Under the pieces are notes generated by a model. It did not search any database and was not told the origin of the DNA. It saw nothing but the letters and a program-made list of their open reading frames with translations. The translations under genes and the position numbers were made by a program. Below are positions 20,262 through 29,440 of a DNA stretch of 64,000 nt, piece after piece. The stretch covers positions 928,001-992,000 of the forward strand of contig OY970166.1 in the NCBI GenBank assembly GCA_963706595.1, in the 5' to 3' direction. Within the stretch, counting starts at the first letter, position 1. Each line of letters starts with the position of its first letter. Origin of the DNA: an uncultured cyanobacterium (GTDB lineage Bacteria; Cyanobacteriota; Cyanobacteriia; Cyanobacteriales; Nostocaceae).

Positions 20262-21047
20262 TTACCGCCACCCAGTAAAATCTTTAGTAAACTGAGGTAG
20301 AGTTAATAACTGAATTCGCGGATCATCTTGGGCGGCTTTCCTTTCTGTTTGCGTATTATAGCCCCAGTCTGCCAAGAAAAGTTTTACATCTTCCAGGTCT
20401 GTTTGCTGTTGAACTAACTGCAATGTCTTGATTCTGTCTTCTACAAACCACAGACTAACTGGTGTTTTCTCGGCTTTCTGAATTAATTCTCGCAGAATTT
20501 CGTATTTAGGGCGCTTGACTTCTTTACCAAAAATCGCTGAGGATGGTAGATTTACGCCTTCTCGTTGTAATAACTGCTGCACGAAGCGCCCTTCTTTCGT
20601 GGTGACAATGTATAATCTGGTTTCACTAGCAATGGTGAGTTTAATTTTTTCGACTACACCCGGATAAAATTTATGCAGACTTAGCCAACCGTCTAAATCT
20701 GTGGTAATCCATTCATCCCGCAAATTGTCTAGTTTTGCACCAATTGTTTGGGACTGGAGATTATGCTCTAATAAAATTTGTGGTGTAATCGTCACCCACT
20801 CCTGAAGAATTTTTGACTCAGAAATTTTATCTACCAAGGCTTTGATTAATACTGGCATTTCCCAACCTGTTTCAATTACAGGTCTGAGGCGATAAAATCT
20901 TAAGGCTAAATCATCTGGTGGTGTATCGTCTACGGGCGACCAAATTTGACAGTAGGTGCGCCATGCGACTTCAAAATATTCAATTAGTCCATCGCAAATT
21001 ACTCCATCAAAGTCTAAGGCTAAAATTGTGGGACTACTGGCGGTCAT
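20262..21047 (-). CDS. HAD-family hydrolase
   Basis: LALDFDGVICD, IVTTK, FVEDR, WGYN. Confidence 0.88.
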   Translation of the reverse strand: MTASSPTILALDFDGVICDGLIEYFEVAWRTYCQIWSPVDDTPPDDLALRFYRLRPVIETGWEMPVLIKALVDKISESKILQEWVTITPQILLEHNLQSQTIGAKLDNLRDEWITTDLDGWLSLHKFYPGVVEKIKLTIASETRLYIVTTKEGRFVQQLLQREGVNLPSSAIFGKEVKRPKYEILRELIQKAEKTPVSLWFVEDRIKTLQLVQQQTDLEDVKLFLADWGYNTQTERKAAQDDPRIQLLTLPQFTKDFTGWR

Positions 21048-21356
21048 TGTGTTGCGGAATAAACTGCTGTTGTTAGATTAGCTGAGAAATTCAAACTAAG
21101 CAGTATTTTTTGTGAGGATTTTATAATTAATATTAAGTCAGGTTAATTAGTTATATTTGCCACAGTCATTCCACCCCACCCCCAACCCCTCCCTGCAAGC
21201 GAGGAGGGGAGACCAAGCTTAGAGGTTTCATCAGTAGTCAAGCAGATATCTCGTCATTATTCGTAAATGTGATCACGGCAAACATCGAGAGGCTTAGATC
21301 CCCGACTTCTTGAAGAAGTCGGGGATCTTTGGGTTCGTAACTTATTGAGGATGGCG

Positions 21357-22202
21357 CTATTTCTGATTTATTCTGGGGGTAAAAATTCCGTGTCTGGGAC
21401 TAAAGAGTAATGCTAACAGAAATAATCCTGATACTACTAAGACGATGGCGGGACCGGAGGGTAAATTGTAAAAGTAGCTGAGGTACATCCCGCTAATACT
21501 GGAAATTACCCCAATGAATGCGCCTAAAATCATGACTTGATGTAGGCGTTTAACTAAGAGATAGGCGGTTGCTCCGGGTGTGATTAACAGTGATAATACT
21601 AATATGACTCCTACGGTTTTCATGCTGGCAACTATTGTTAAGGCAATGAGCAACATGAGTCCAAAGTTTAGCCGATTGACTGGCAAACCTGCGGCTTGTG
21701 CGCCTAACGGATCAAAGGTGTAAAATAACAGTTCTTTATATAATAAGAAAATAACTATTAAAACTATAGCTGCAATAATGGCAGTGTCTCGTACTTCGTC
21801 AGATGTCACGCCGAGAATGTTGCCAAAAAGAAAGTGATTGAGGTCGATTTTTTGACTTTTTTGAATGACTGTAATTAGGGTGATACCCAAGGCAAAAAAT
21901 GCCGAAAGGACTATCCCCATTGCTGCGTCTTCTTTGATAGGCGATCGCGTTTGAATCCAGGCGATCGCCATTGTACTCACAACTCCGGCTATAAATGCGC
22001 CAAAATAGATATTTCCCCCTAACATAAAGGCGATCGCTAGTCCTGGTAAAACTGAATGGCTGATAGCATCACCCAATAATGCTAGTCTTTGCACCATCAA
22101 GTAACTACCCACAACTGCACACAGCAAGCCGACTATAATTGCGATTATGAGCGATCGCTGCATAAAGCTGTATTGCAATGGTTCAATTAATGCTTCTAAC
22201 AT
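21357..22202 (-). CDS. mntB: Mn/Zn ABC transporter permease
   Basis: LLGDAISHSVLPG, KEDAAMGIV, HFLFGNILG. Confidence 0.88.
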   Translation of the reverse strand: MLEALIEPLQYSFMQRSLIIAIIVGLLCAVVGSYLMVQRLALLGDAISHSVLPGLAIAFMLGGNIYFGAFIAGVVSTMAIAWIQTRSPIKEDAAMGIVLSAFFALGITLITVIQKSQKIDLNHFLFGNILGVTSDEVRDTAIIAAIVLIVIFLLYKELLFYTFDPLGAQAAGLPVNRLNFGLMLLIALTIVASMKTVGVILVLSLLITPGATAYLLVKRLHQVMILGAFIGVISSISGMYLSYFYNLPSGPAIVLVVSGLFLLALLFSPRHGIFTPRINQK

Positions 22203-22211
22203 AAATATTTA

Positions 22212-23027
22212 TTACAAAGACAAAATAATTGCAACTAATCTTTGCTCAACTTCTTGAAGATAATCTGTTAAACCTGTATTTACACCTCTTTCACGTAAAA
22301 TTTCTAAACTCGTATCTTCCCAACATTGTTTTTCCCGTTCTATATCTTCTTGTGTTAGTTTTTTAAGTACCACTTTTGTATTTCTGTTTCGTTCAGGTTC
22401 TTTCATTAAATTAGCGCGTAATCTGTGAGACTCTGTACAAGGATCAAAAGTCAAATTACTTTTAATTTCTTCTAGAAGTTTCTGTTCTTTTTGATTAGAT
22501 GGAATAAACCCATTTAAAACCCATGCTTCACGGTTTCTATCAGGTATACCAATCACAATTTCTAATTTCGGTATTTGATTAATATTTTCTAAACGTGCTT
22601 GCTCAATATCTATTTTACTATGTTCTAAACGTGCTTGCTCAAGTCCTATTTTACGCTCTGGTTCATGATCTATATCACGGATAAAGATAACGGCTTTAAT
22701 CTGTATTCGTAGTTTTTTTTGAAGAGAAAGTACAAGTTTCAGAACCTTCCTAGCTGATGCTCCATCGGCTTCTAAGGGTACACCATGACTATGATGGCCT
22801 CGATATCTTGGGACATTTAAGCCTGATGACTTAAATGATTCCACAATTTTATTAATGTTCGTCCATTCTGAATATTCTGTTCCTTCCTCTAAACCAGTCC
22901 ACTGAAAATAATATTGCAGAGTATCATCATCTAACCAATCAATTTTTTCTATCAACACGCGCTCTGCTAATTTAGTAGCAATTCTGGCATCTGCACCACT
23001 TTCACCTATAACAATAAACTCACTCAT
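22212..23027 (-). CDS. hypothetical TOPRIM-like protein (DUF4276/RloB/DUF4435-like)
   Basis: N-terminal FIVIGESGAD, mid-protein IFIRDID (DxD), later REAWVL; overlaps the ATPase stop. Confidence 0.55.
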   Translation of the reverse strand: MSEFIVIGESGADARIATKLAERVLIEKIDWLDDDTLQYYFQWTGLEEGTEYSEWTNINKIVESFKSSGLNVPRYRGHHSHGVPLEADGASARKVLKLVLSLQKKLRIQIKAVIFIRDIDHEPERKIGLEQARLEHSKIDIEQARLENINQIPKLEIVIGIPDRNREAWVLNGFIPSNQKEQKLLEEIKSNLTFDPCTESHRLRANLMKEPERNRNTKVVLKKLTQEDIEREKQCWEDTSLEILRERGVNTGLTDYLQEVEQRLVAIILSL

Positions 23028-24159
23028 TGACTTCTCCTTCTACCACCCAATCTTCCCCTTCTGCATCCCAAAATTCACCAGTTGTTAAGGTTTGTTTCGC
23101 CCATTCTACATCCGGATGTTCATCCAAACGTTTGGAAATTGTGAAACCTGAATCACTATTATTTAATATATGGACTTGATAAGGACTAATTTCATCAATA
23201 ATATAAGGAGAGTGGGTAGAAAAGATAATTTGTAAATTACGATTTTGGTCAATAATTTCTTTAAAAACAGTCATTAACTCACGTTGTGCTTGGGGATGAA
23301 GTCCTTGTTCGATATCATCTAATAACACTAAATTAGGTTGAGTAGGATTCATCAGCACAGTTAACAACCCCAAAGTTAGCATTGTTCCTTCACTAATTGC
23401 ATGGGCTGGAATCCGCTCACCTGTGTTCATATCTAACACAACTTCTTGACCTGTCATTTCCTGAGTGTCATCATAGGAAATAGACTTACCATCAACTTCA
23501 ATTAAACGTTTGCGAATGACTGCAACTTTTGCTCTCCTTATGCCAACTTTGCGTACATTTGGCACAATTCGACTTAACATTTCTTCTATTAATTGAAATT
23601 TATCTGGAGCTTCATCACGCAAAAAATCTAAAGTGGGTGCTAATCCTGAACCGTCAAACTCAACTCTAGGTGTTACATGATCACTATAAGCTGGTTTAGC
23701 AAGATTACTTGCAACTAACTTCAGGTAAACAGCATATTTTAAAGAATTCCGGATTGCATCTGGAGAATTACTTAATGATTCGTTCCATCCTTCGTCACTA
23801 TATTCTTGCTCATTTATATTATATGATGCTGTTGGATACCATCGATCATTAATGTCCTGCTTCCAAGTATAAGAAGCTTGCCAATTCTGCCGATTGGTAT
23901 AACCCCAAAAACCACTTGCAGTTACAGACATATCTGTTTCCCCAACTGTTGTAATGAAGTTAGGTGATCTTTCATATTGAAATATCCTAGCAAATGATGA
24001 ATTTTCACCAGTCAACCTACTGAGATTATGCAATGCTTGTAGCACGCTTGTTTTACCAGCACTGTTTTTTCCTACGAGTGCATGTAATCGGGAACTATCG
24101 AAATCAAGTTCTGTAGATTTATGGCTTTTGAAATTATGAAGTATTAGTTTTTCTAGCAT
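23020..24159 (-). CDS. ABC/SMC-like ATPase (AAA_21/AAA_15 type)
   Basis: LHNFKSH, Walker A GKNSAGKT, signature ISEGT, Walker B/D-loop LVLLDDIEQGLHP, H-loop STHSP; no TM segments. Confidence 0.88.
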   Translation of the reverse strand: MLEKLILHNFKSHKSTELDFDSSRLHALVGKNSAGKTSVLQALHNLSRLTGENSSFARIFQYERSPNFITTVGETDMSVTASGFWGYTNRQNWQASYTWKQDINDRWYPTASYNINEQEYSDEGWNESLSNSPDAIRNSLKYAVYLKLVASNLAKPAYSDHVTPRVEFDGSGLAPTLDFLRDEAPDKFQLIEEMLSRIVPNVRKVGIRRAKVAVIRKRLIEVDGKSISYDDTQEMTGQEVVLDMNTGERIPAHAISEGTMLTLGLLTVLMNPTQPNLVLLDDIEQGLHPQAQRELMTVFKEIIDQNRNLQIIFSTHSPYIIDEISPYQVHILNNSDSGFTISKRLDEHPDVEWAKQTLTTGEFWDAEGEDWVVEGEVNE

Positions 24160-24269
24160 ATCTCTAAATATAAACATACTTAATATACCTGACGATGAAA
24201 TCAGGTATCTGTGTGTTTTTGACTTATACAATCATAAGTATTTATAGTAACCGCAGATATAAGAAAAAT

Positions 24270-25064
24270 TCAAGCAGCGTCATCAAAGTACATGACCTGA
24301 CCATTATAGGCACGATAGAGGTTTTGCTTTGTCAGAACTTGCTGCCGTAAACCTGTAGCGATTAATTCCCGATTTAGTAAAATTAAATCATCAAAGTGGG
24401 TGATGGATTCGCCTAAGTCGTGATTAACTACCAGGACAATTTTACCAGCCTCCGCCAGTTCATGGAAGACTTCAAAAATCACTGCTTGGGTTTTTTGGTC
24501 AATACCTACCAATGGTTCATCAAAGCAGTATATATCGGCTTGCTGTGCCAAAGCACGGGCTAAAAATACTCTTTGTTGTTGTCCCCCTGATAATTCTCCT
24601 ATGGGGCGATCGCAATGTGCAAACATTTCCACACGTTTGAGGGCATTTTTAGTTTCCTGGCGGCTAACTGCGGAAAAACTCCGTAACCAACCTGTCTTTT
24701 TTACCCTTCCCATCATCGCCACATCCCAAACTGTCGCCGGATAAGTCCAGTCAATTTGGCTACGCTGTGGGATATATGCAACTTTCTCTAATTGCTGCAT
24801 TAAAGGTTTGGTTTGATACAGGACTGTACCACTACTCAGAGGAACTAAGCCCAGCATCGCCTTCATTAAGGTACTTTTTCCCGCCCCATTCGGTCCAAAA
24901 ATCCCCGTAATTCTGCCCGGTTTGACAATACAGTTAACGTCTCTTAAAGCTTCGTCTGTCCGGTAATGCACCCCGACATGGGCAATATTAATACTTGCAG
25001 TGGTGGCTGTGAGGGTGTCTTGCATGGGGTAGACAGCGTTTAAGGGAAAATTAACAGTTCTCAT
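24270..25064 (-). CDS. mntA: Mn/Zn ABC transporter ATP-binding protein
   Basis: GPNGAGKST, YIPQRSQIDWTYP, LSGGQQQRVFLARAL; start probably 25064 or 25025. Confidence 0.88.
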   Translation of the reverse strand: MRTVNFPLNAVYPMQDTLTATTASINIAHVGVHYRTDEALRDVNCIVKPGRITGIFGPNGAGKSTLMKAMLGLVPLSSGTVLYQTKPLMQQLEKVAYIPQRSQIDWTYPATVWDVAMMGRVKKTGWLRSFSAVSRQETKNALKRVEMFAHCDRPIGELSGGQQQRVFLARALAQQADIYCFDEPLVGIDQKTQAVIFEVFHELAEAGKIVLVVNHDLGESITHFDDLILLNRELIATGLRQQVLTKQNLYRAYNGQVMYFDDAA

Positions 25065-25083
25065 TTTGGGGAATACCAATAAA

Positions 25084-25136
25084 AATGAAAAGAATATGAG
25101 AATAGTGTAACCTGAAAAATGAGAAAAATATGATAA
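25084..25136 (+). promoter_or_regulatory. two ManR-like direct-repeat boxes in the divergent mntA/mntC promoter
   Basis: AATGAAAAGAATATGAGAA (25084-25102) and AATGAGAAAAATATGATAA (25118-25136) fit the cyanobacterial ManR motif (T/A)ATGA(G/A)A(A/G)-N3-repeat as recalled. Confidence 0.7.
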
Positions 25137-25152
25137 CCAGTGTAACAAGTAT

Positions 25153-26130
25153 ATGAAAGCAATTACTCAGTCAAAAGCTATATCATACTGGCAAGCTGTG
25201 GTAGGAGTTTTGTTAGGAATTTCTATCGGAGGGTGTAATCAAGTAGACTCTAGCCGTATTTCTATGGAAGTAAATGACCAGCCGCAAGTAGTTGCAACTA
25301 GCACCATTATTGCTGATTTGACGGAGAAAGTTGGGGGAGAGGAAATACAGTTAACTGGTATTCTCCAACCAGGAGTTGATCCTCATGTTTATGAACCGAC
25401 ACCAGCAGATAGCCGGGTTTTAGAAACAGCCGATTTGATTTTGTATAACGGCTACAACTTAGAACCAGGACTGATTAATTTAATGAATGCGGCTGGTGAG
25501 AAGGTGCGGAAGGTAGCGGTGGGGGAAGTTGTCAAACCTTTACAGTTAGATGGATATGAAGGCAAAGTTGTCCCAGATCCTCATGTTTGGGGTAATGCAG
25601 AGAATGCGATCGCCATGACAAATGTCATCCGAGATGAGTTAATTAAATTATCCCCCGCAGACGAAGCAGAATTTACTCAAAGAGCGTCACAATTAACTCA
25701 GGAATTACAGCAGTTACATAACTGGATTAATCAACAGATTCAAACTATTCCCGCAGACAAACGCCAACTTGTGACAACTCATGATGCTTTTCAATATTAT
25801 GGTAACGCTTATGGGATTGCGATCGCCGGCACATTAATTGGAATTAGCACAGAAGAACAACCCAGCGCCCAAACAGTAACGCGGTTGGTAGAGTCAATCA
25901 AAAAAAACAGTGTCCCAGCAATTTTTGCGGAAACGACAATTAACCCAGCTTTAATTACTACCGTTGCTCAAGAAGCAGGTGTAAAATTAGCACCACGAGA
26001 ACTATACGCTGATTCCATTGGCGCAAAGGGCAGCGATGGCGATTCTTACATTAAAATGATGGAGGCTAATACCCGCACTATTGTAGAAGCATTGGGAGGC
26101 AAATATACACCATTTCAGCCTAATAATTAA
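25153..26130 (+). CDS. mntC: Mn/Zn ABC transporter substrate-binding lipoprotein
   Basis: lipobox IGGC, DPHVYEP, DPHVW, THDAFQY, YADS. Confidence 0.88.
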   Translation: MKAITQSKAISYWQAVVGVLLGISIGGCNQVDSSRISMEVNDQPQVVATSTIIADLTEKVGGEEIQLTGILQPGVDPHVYEPTPADSRVLETADLILYNGYNLEPGLINLMNAAGEKVRKVAVGEVVKPLQLDGYEGKVVPDPHVWGNAENAIAMTNVIRDELIKLSPADEAEFTQRASQLTQELQQLHNWINQQIQTIPADKRQLVTTHDAFQYYGNAYGIAIAGTLIGISTEEQPSAQTVTRLVESIKKNSVPAIFAETTINPALITTVAQEAGVKLAPRELYADSIGAKGSDGDSYIKMMEANTRTIVEALGGKYTPFQPNN

Positions 26131-26228
26131 TTCAGCGTTGCTGAATTAAAATCCCAAAAATACATCTCCTCAACTCTTCCTCTCTGCGACTCTGCGCCTC
26201 TGCGTGAGATAAATTCATAACTAACAGT

Positions 26229-27272
26229 ATGGCAGATAACACTGATCAAATTGAATCATTTCGAGCCTTAGCGCTGCAAGTTAAATGTGATGCAGTTAAT
26301 TTAGCAGGCGATCGCCAAGCAACTCGGCTATTGATGCTAAACTCGATTAATCGGTTAGAGCAACAAATCGCTGCTAGTATTGCCTTCATTGGCTTTGACT
26401 GTCGTTTAATCGTCTTACCAGAATATTTCCTCACAGGTTTTCCGATGGGGGAACCTTTGGCTGTGTGGGGAGAAAAAGCCTGTCTAGAAATGGCGGGTGC
26501 TGAGTATGAAGCACTGGGTAGAATTGCTCAGAAACATCAGATATTTTTAGCTGGTAACGCCTACGAACTCGACCCAAATTTTCCGGGGTTGTACTTTCAA
26601 ACCAGCTTTGTGATTGATCCCTCTGGGTCTATTATTTTACGCTATCGACGGCTAAATTCTTTATTTGCTCCCACACCCCATGATGTTTGGGATAAATATC
26701 TAGATTGCTATGGTTTAGAGGGAGTGTTTCCCGTGGCGAAGACAGCAATTGGTAATTTAGCAGCGATCGCATCAGAAGAAATTTTATATCCAGAAGTAGC
26801 CCGTTGTCTAGCAATGCGAGGCGCAGAAATCTTTTTACATTCCACATCAGAAGTGTATGACAATACATTTACGCCTAAAGATGCAGCCAAAATTTCTCGT
26901 GCAGTGGAAAATATGGCTTATGTAGTCTCAGCCAATACGGCAGGTATAAGTAATATTCCCATTCCCGTGGCTTCGGCTGATGGTGGTTCTAAAATCATTG
27001 ATTATCGGGGAAAAGTCCTAGCACAGGCAGCTACAGGCGAGAGTATGGCAGCTTTTGCCGAAATTGACTTGGCAGCATTACGACGCGATCGCCGCCGTCC
27101 AGGGTTAAATAATTTACCTTCACGCCAGCGATTTGAACTCTACGCCCAAAGTTACAGCCAGTCACACTTTTACCCAGCCAACACCATGCTAAAGGGAGAA
27201 GTAGACCGCAAACACTTTATAGAAACGCAACAAAAAACCATTGAACGTTTAGCCACATTAGGCATAATTTAA
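26229..27272 (+). CDS. nitrilase/carbon-nitrogen hydrolase superfamily protein with atypical triad
   Basis: LIVLPEYFL, YRRLNS, IASEEILYPE, RAVENMAYVVSAN, GGSKIID. Confidence 0.82.
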   Translation: MADNTDQIESFRALALQVKCDAVNLAGDRQATRLLMLNSINRLEQQIAASIAFIGFDCRLIVLPEYFLTGFPMGEPLAVWGEKACLEMAGAEYEALGRIAQKHQIFLAGNAYELDPNFPGLYFQTSFVIDPSGSIILRYRRLNSLFAPTPHDVWDKYLDCYGLEGVFPVAKTAIGNLAAIASEEILYPEVARCLAMRGAEIFLHSTSEVYDNTFTPKDAAKISRAVENMAYVVSANTAGISNIPIPVASADGGSKIIDYRGKVLAQAATGESMAAFAEIDLAALRRDRRRPGLNNLPSRQRFELYAQSYSQSHFYPANTMLKGEVDRKHFIETQQKTIERLATLGII

Positions 27273-27310
27273 CTTGTAATAGGGGGATGAAACATCAAAA
27301 CTAACGACTA

Positions 27311-28729
27311 ATGAATAAACCAATCGAAATCCGTAACCCCCGAACAGGAAAATTCGACTATGTAATTCTCCCGCCACCTCCCAGGCTGTTGATACACAAA
27401 TGTAATCGCGCCCGGAGAGCGCAAATTCATTGGCAACAGATAGGTATAGAAGCGAGAATTGACGCTTTACTAGAATGGAAGCAAGCTATAGTATTTCGGC
27501 GTGAACAGTTGACAGAAGCTTTAGTATGTGATACCGGGAGACTGTCAACTTCAATATTAGAAATAGACTCTTTCCTCGCTAGCATTGACCGTTGGTGTAG
27601 GTTAGCCCCAGAATTACTAGAACCCTCAGCCAAAAATACAGCCATCCCCTTCATTACCCTGCAACAAGCATCAGTACCTTACCCCCTAGTAGGAGTAATT
27701 AGCCCGTGGAATTTTCCCCTGTTATTGTCTACAATTGATACTATTCCGGCATTATTGGCAGGTTGCGCCGTCATCGTCAAACCCAGTGAAATTGCCCCCC
27801 GCTTCGTCGCCCCACTAATTACAGCCCTGAATACCGTTCCAGATTTGCGTGACGTATTAAGTTTTGCTGAAGGAGCCGGTGAAACAGGTGCTACCCTGAT
27901 AGAAAATGTAGATTTAGTCTGCTTTACAGGCAGTGTCGCCACAGGCAGAAAAGTAGCAGAAGCCGCAGCGAGAAGGTTTATTCCCGCCTTTTTAGAATTA
28001 GGTGGAAAAGACCCCGCCATTGTTTTAGAATCAGCCGATTTAGAATTAGCCACCTCAGCAATTTTGTGGGGTTCAGTCGTCAATACTGGACAATCGTGCC
28101 TTTCAATTGAGAGAATTTACGTCGCCGAATCGATATTTGAAGAATTTTATCATCAACTCGTAGCCAAAGCCCATCGTTTGCAGTTAGCCCATCCCAGAGT
28201 TGACAGTGGAGACATTGGCCCCATCATTGCCGAAAAACAAGCCGCAATTATTCACGACCATCTTCTAGATGCAGTCGAAAAGGGCGCATTAATCCATTGT
28301 GGCGGTAAAGTAGAACAATTAGGTGGGGGTTGGTGGTGTCGTCCCACAGTTATCACCCAAGTCAACCATTCCATGAAAGTGATGACAGAAGAAACTTTTG
28401 GTCCCATCATGCCAGTCATGCCATTTCCCACAGTAGAGGAAGCGGTATACTTAGCAAATGACTCTATATATGGACTGAGTGCTGCGGTGTTTGCCGAAAC
28501 AGAAGCAGAAGCCCTAGCAGTGGCTGACCAAATCGATGCAGGTGCTATCAGTATCAACGATGCCGCGTTGACTGCCATCATGTACGAAGGAGAAAAGAAT
28601 TCCTTTAAATTCTCCGGTCTTGGTGGGTCACGCATGGGACCAGCGTCAATCAAACGCTTCCTGCGAAAAAAAGCATTTTTGATTAAGAATAACTATAGTA
28701 ATGACCCTTGGTGGTTTAATAACCAGTGA
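27311..28729 (+). CDS. aldehyde dehydrogenase
   Basis: SPWNFP, FTGS, LELGGKD, GQSC, EETFGP. Confidence 0.93.
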   Translation: MNKPIEIRNPRTGKFDYVILPPPPRLLIHKCNRARRAQIHWQQIGIEARIDALLEWKQAIVFRREQLTEALVCDTGRLSTSILEIDSFLASIDRWCRLAPELLEPSAKNTAIPFITLQQASVPYPLVGVISPWNFPLLLSTIDTIPALLAGCAVIVKPSEIAPRFVAPLITALNTVPDLRDVLSFAEGAGETGATLIENVDLVCFTGSVATGRKVAEAAARRFIPAFLELGGKDPAIVLESADLELATSAILWGSVVNTGQSCLSIERIYVAESIFEEFYHQLVAKAHRLQLAHPRVDSGDIGPIIAEKQAAIIHDHLLDAVEKGALIHCGGKVEQLGGGWWCRPTVITQVNHSMKVMTEETFGPIMPVMPFPTVEEAVYLANDSIYGLSAAVFAETEAEALAVADQIDAGAISINDAALTAIMYEGEKNSFKFSGLGGSRMGPASIKRFLRKKAFLIKNNYSNDPWWFNNQ

Positions 28730-28769
28730 AATAAATCCCTAGTCAAGCCCACAATAGAGGAAATGTCAA

Positions 28770-29213
28770 ATGTCTATCATTAAAGTAGAAATGCCCGTAA
28801 TGGCACGTCATGAAGGAGAATGGTCAGGTGCTTATACATTGGTGGATACAGAAGGAAAAATTTTAGATAAATACACTTCTCATTTAAGCTGCAAATTTAT
28901 CGAAAACCCTCCCTTTTCCTACTACCAAACAAATCGCTATCAATGGCCTGATGGTAGACAAGAAGAACATCTTTTTCCGGGAATATATCGGGATAAAAAA
29001 GTATGGTTTGACACCGAACGCCTTGATGGTTATGCCTGGGAAGTAGACGATACCACAATTATGTTCCGTTTCGCATTTAAAGGAATGCCCGACGCATATT
29101 TATATGAAACAATTTTTCTAAGTCCTTGTAATAACTTTCGCTTCCGCACCTGGCATTGGTTCAAAAATCATCAAGTCTACCAACGCACCTTAGTACAAGA
29201 ACAGCGAATATGA
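28770..29213 (+). CDS. DUF3598-like beta-barrel protein
   Basis: HEGEWSG near the N-terminus; beta-rich, lipocalin/calycin-like pattern. Confidence 0.6.
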   Translation: MSIIKVEMPVMARHEGEWSGAYTLVDTEGKILDKYTSHLSCKFIENPPFSYYQTNRYQWPDGRQEEHLFPGIYRDKKVWFDTERLDGYAWEVDDTTIMFRFAFKGMPDAYLYETIFLSPCNNFRFRTWHWFKNHQVYQRTLVQEQRI

Positions 29214-29440
29214 TTTTTATATAAATTATTGTGTTTATGGTGCATTAAACTTCGTGAATGTGCCGTTACAAGTAAATTAAAATTGCATATTTCTACCTCT
29301 TTCCTCCACCTTCATCCTCCTTCCTACTTCTTCTCTTGGCGCACTTGGCGACTTGGCGGTTCGTTCCTCATAAATTTTCTTATTCATCCCAGAAGCGCTA
29401 TAATTTAAACTCTCAAACTCATAATTAACAAATTAAAAAC

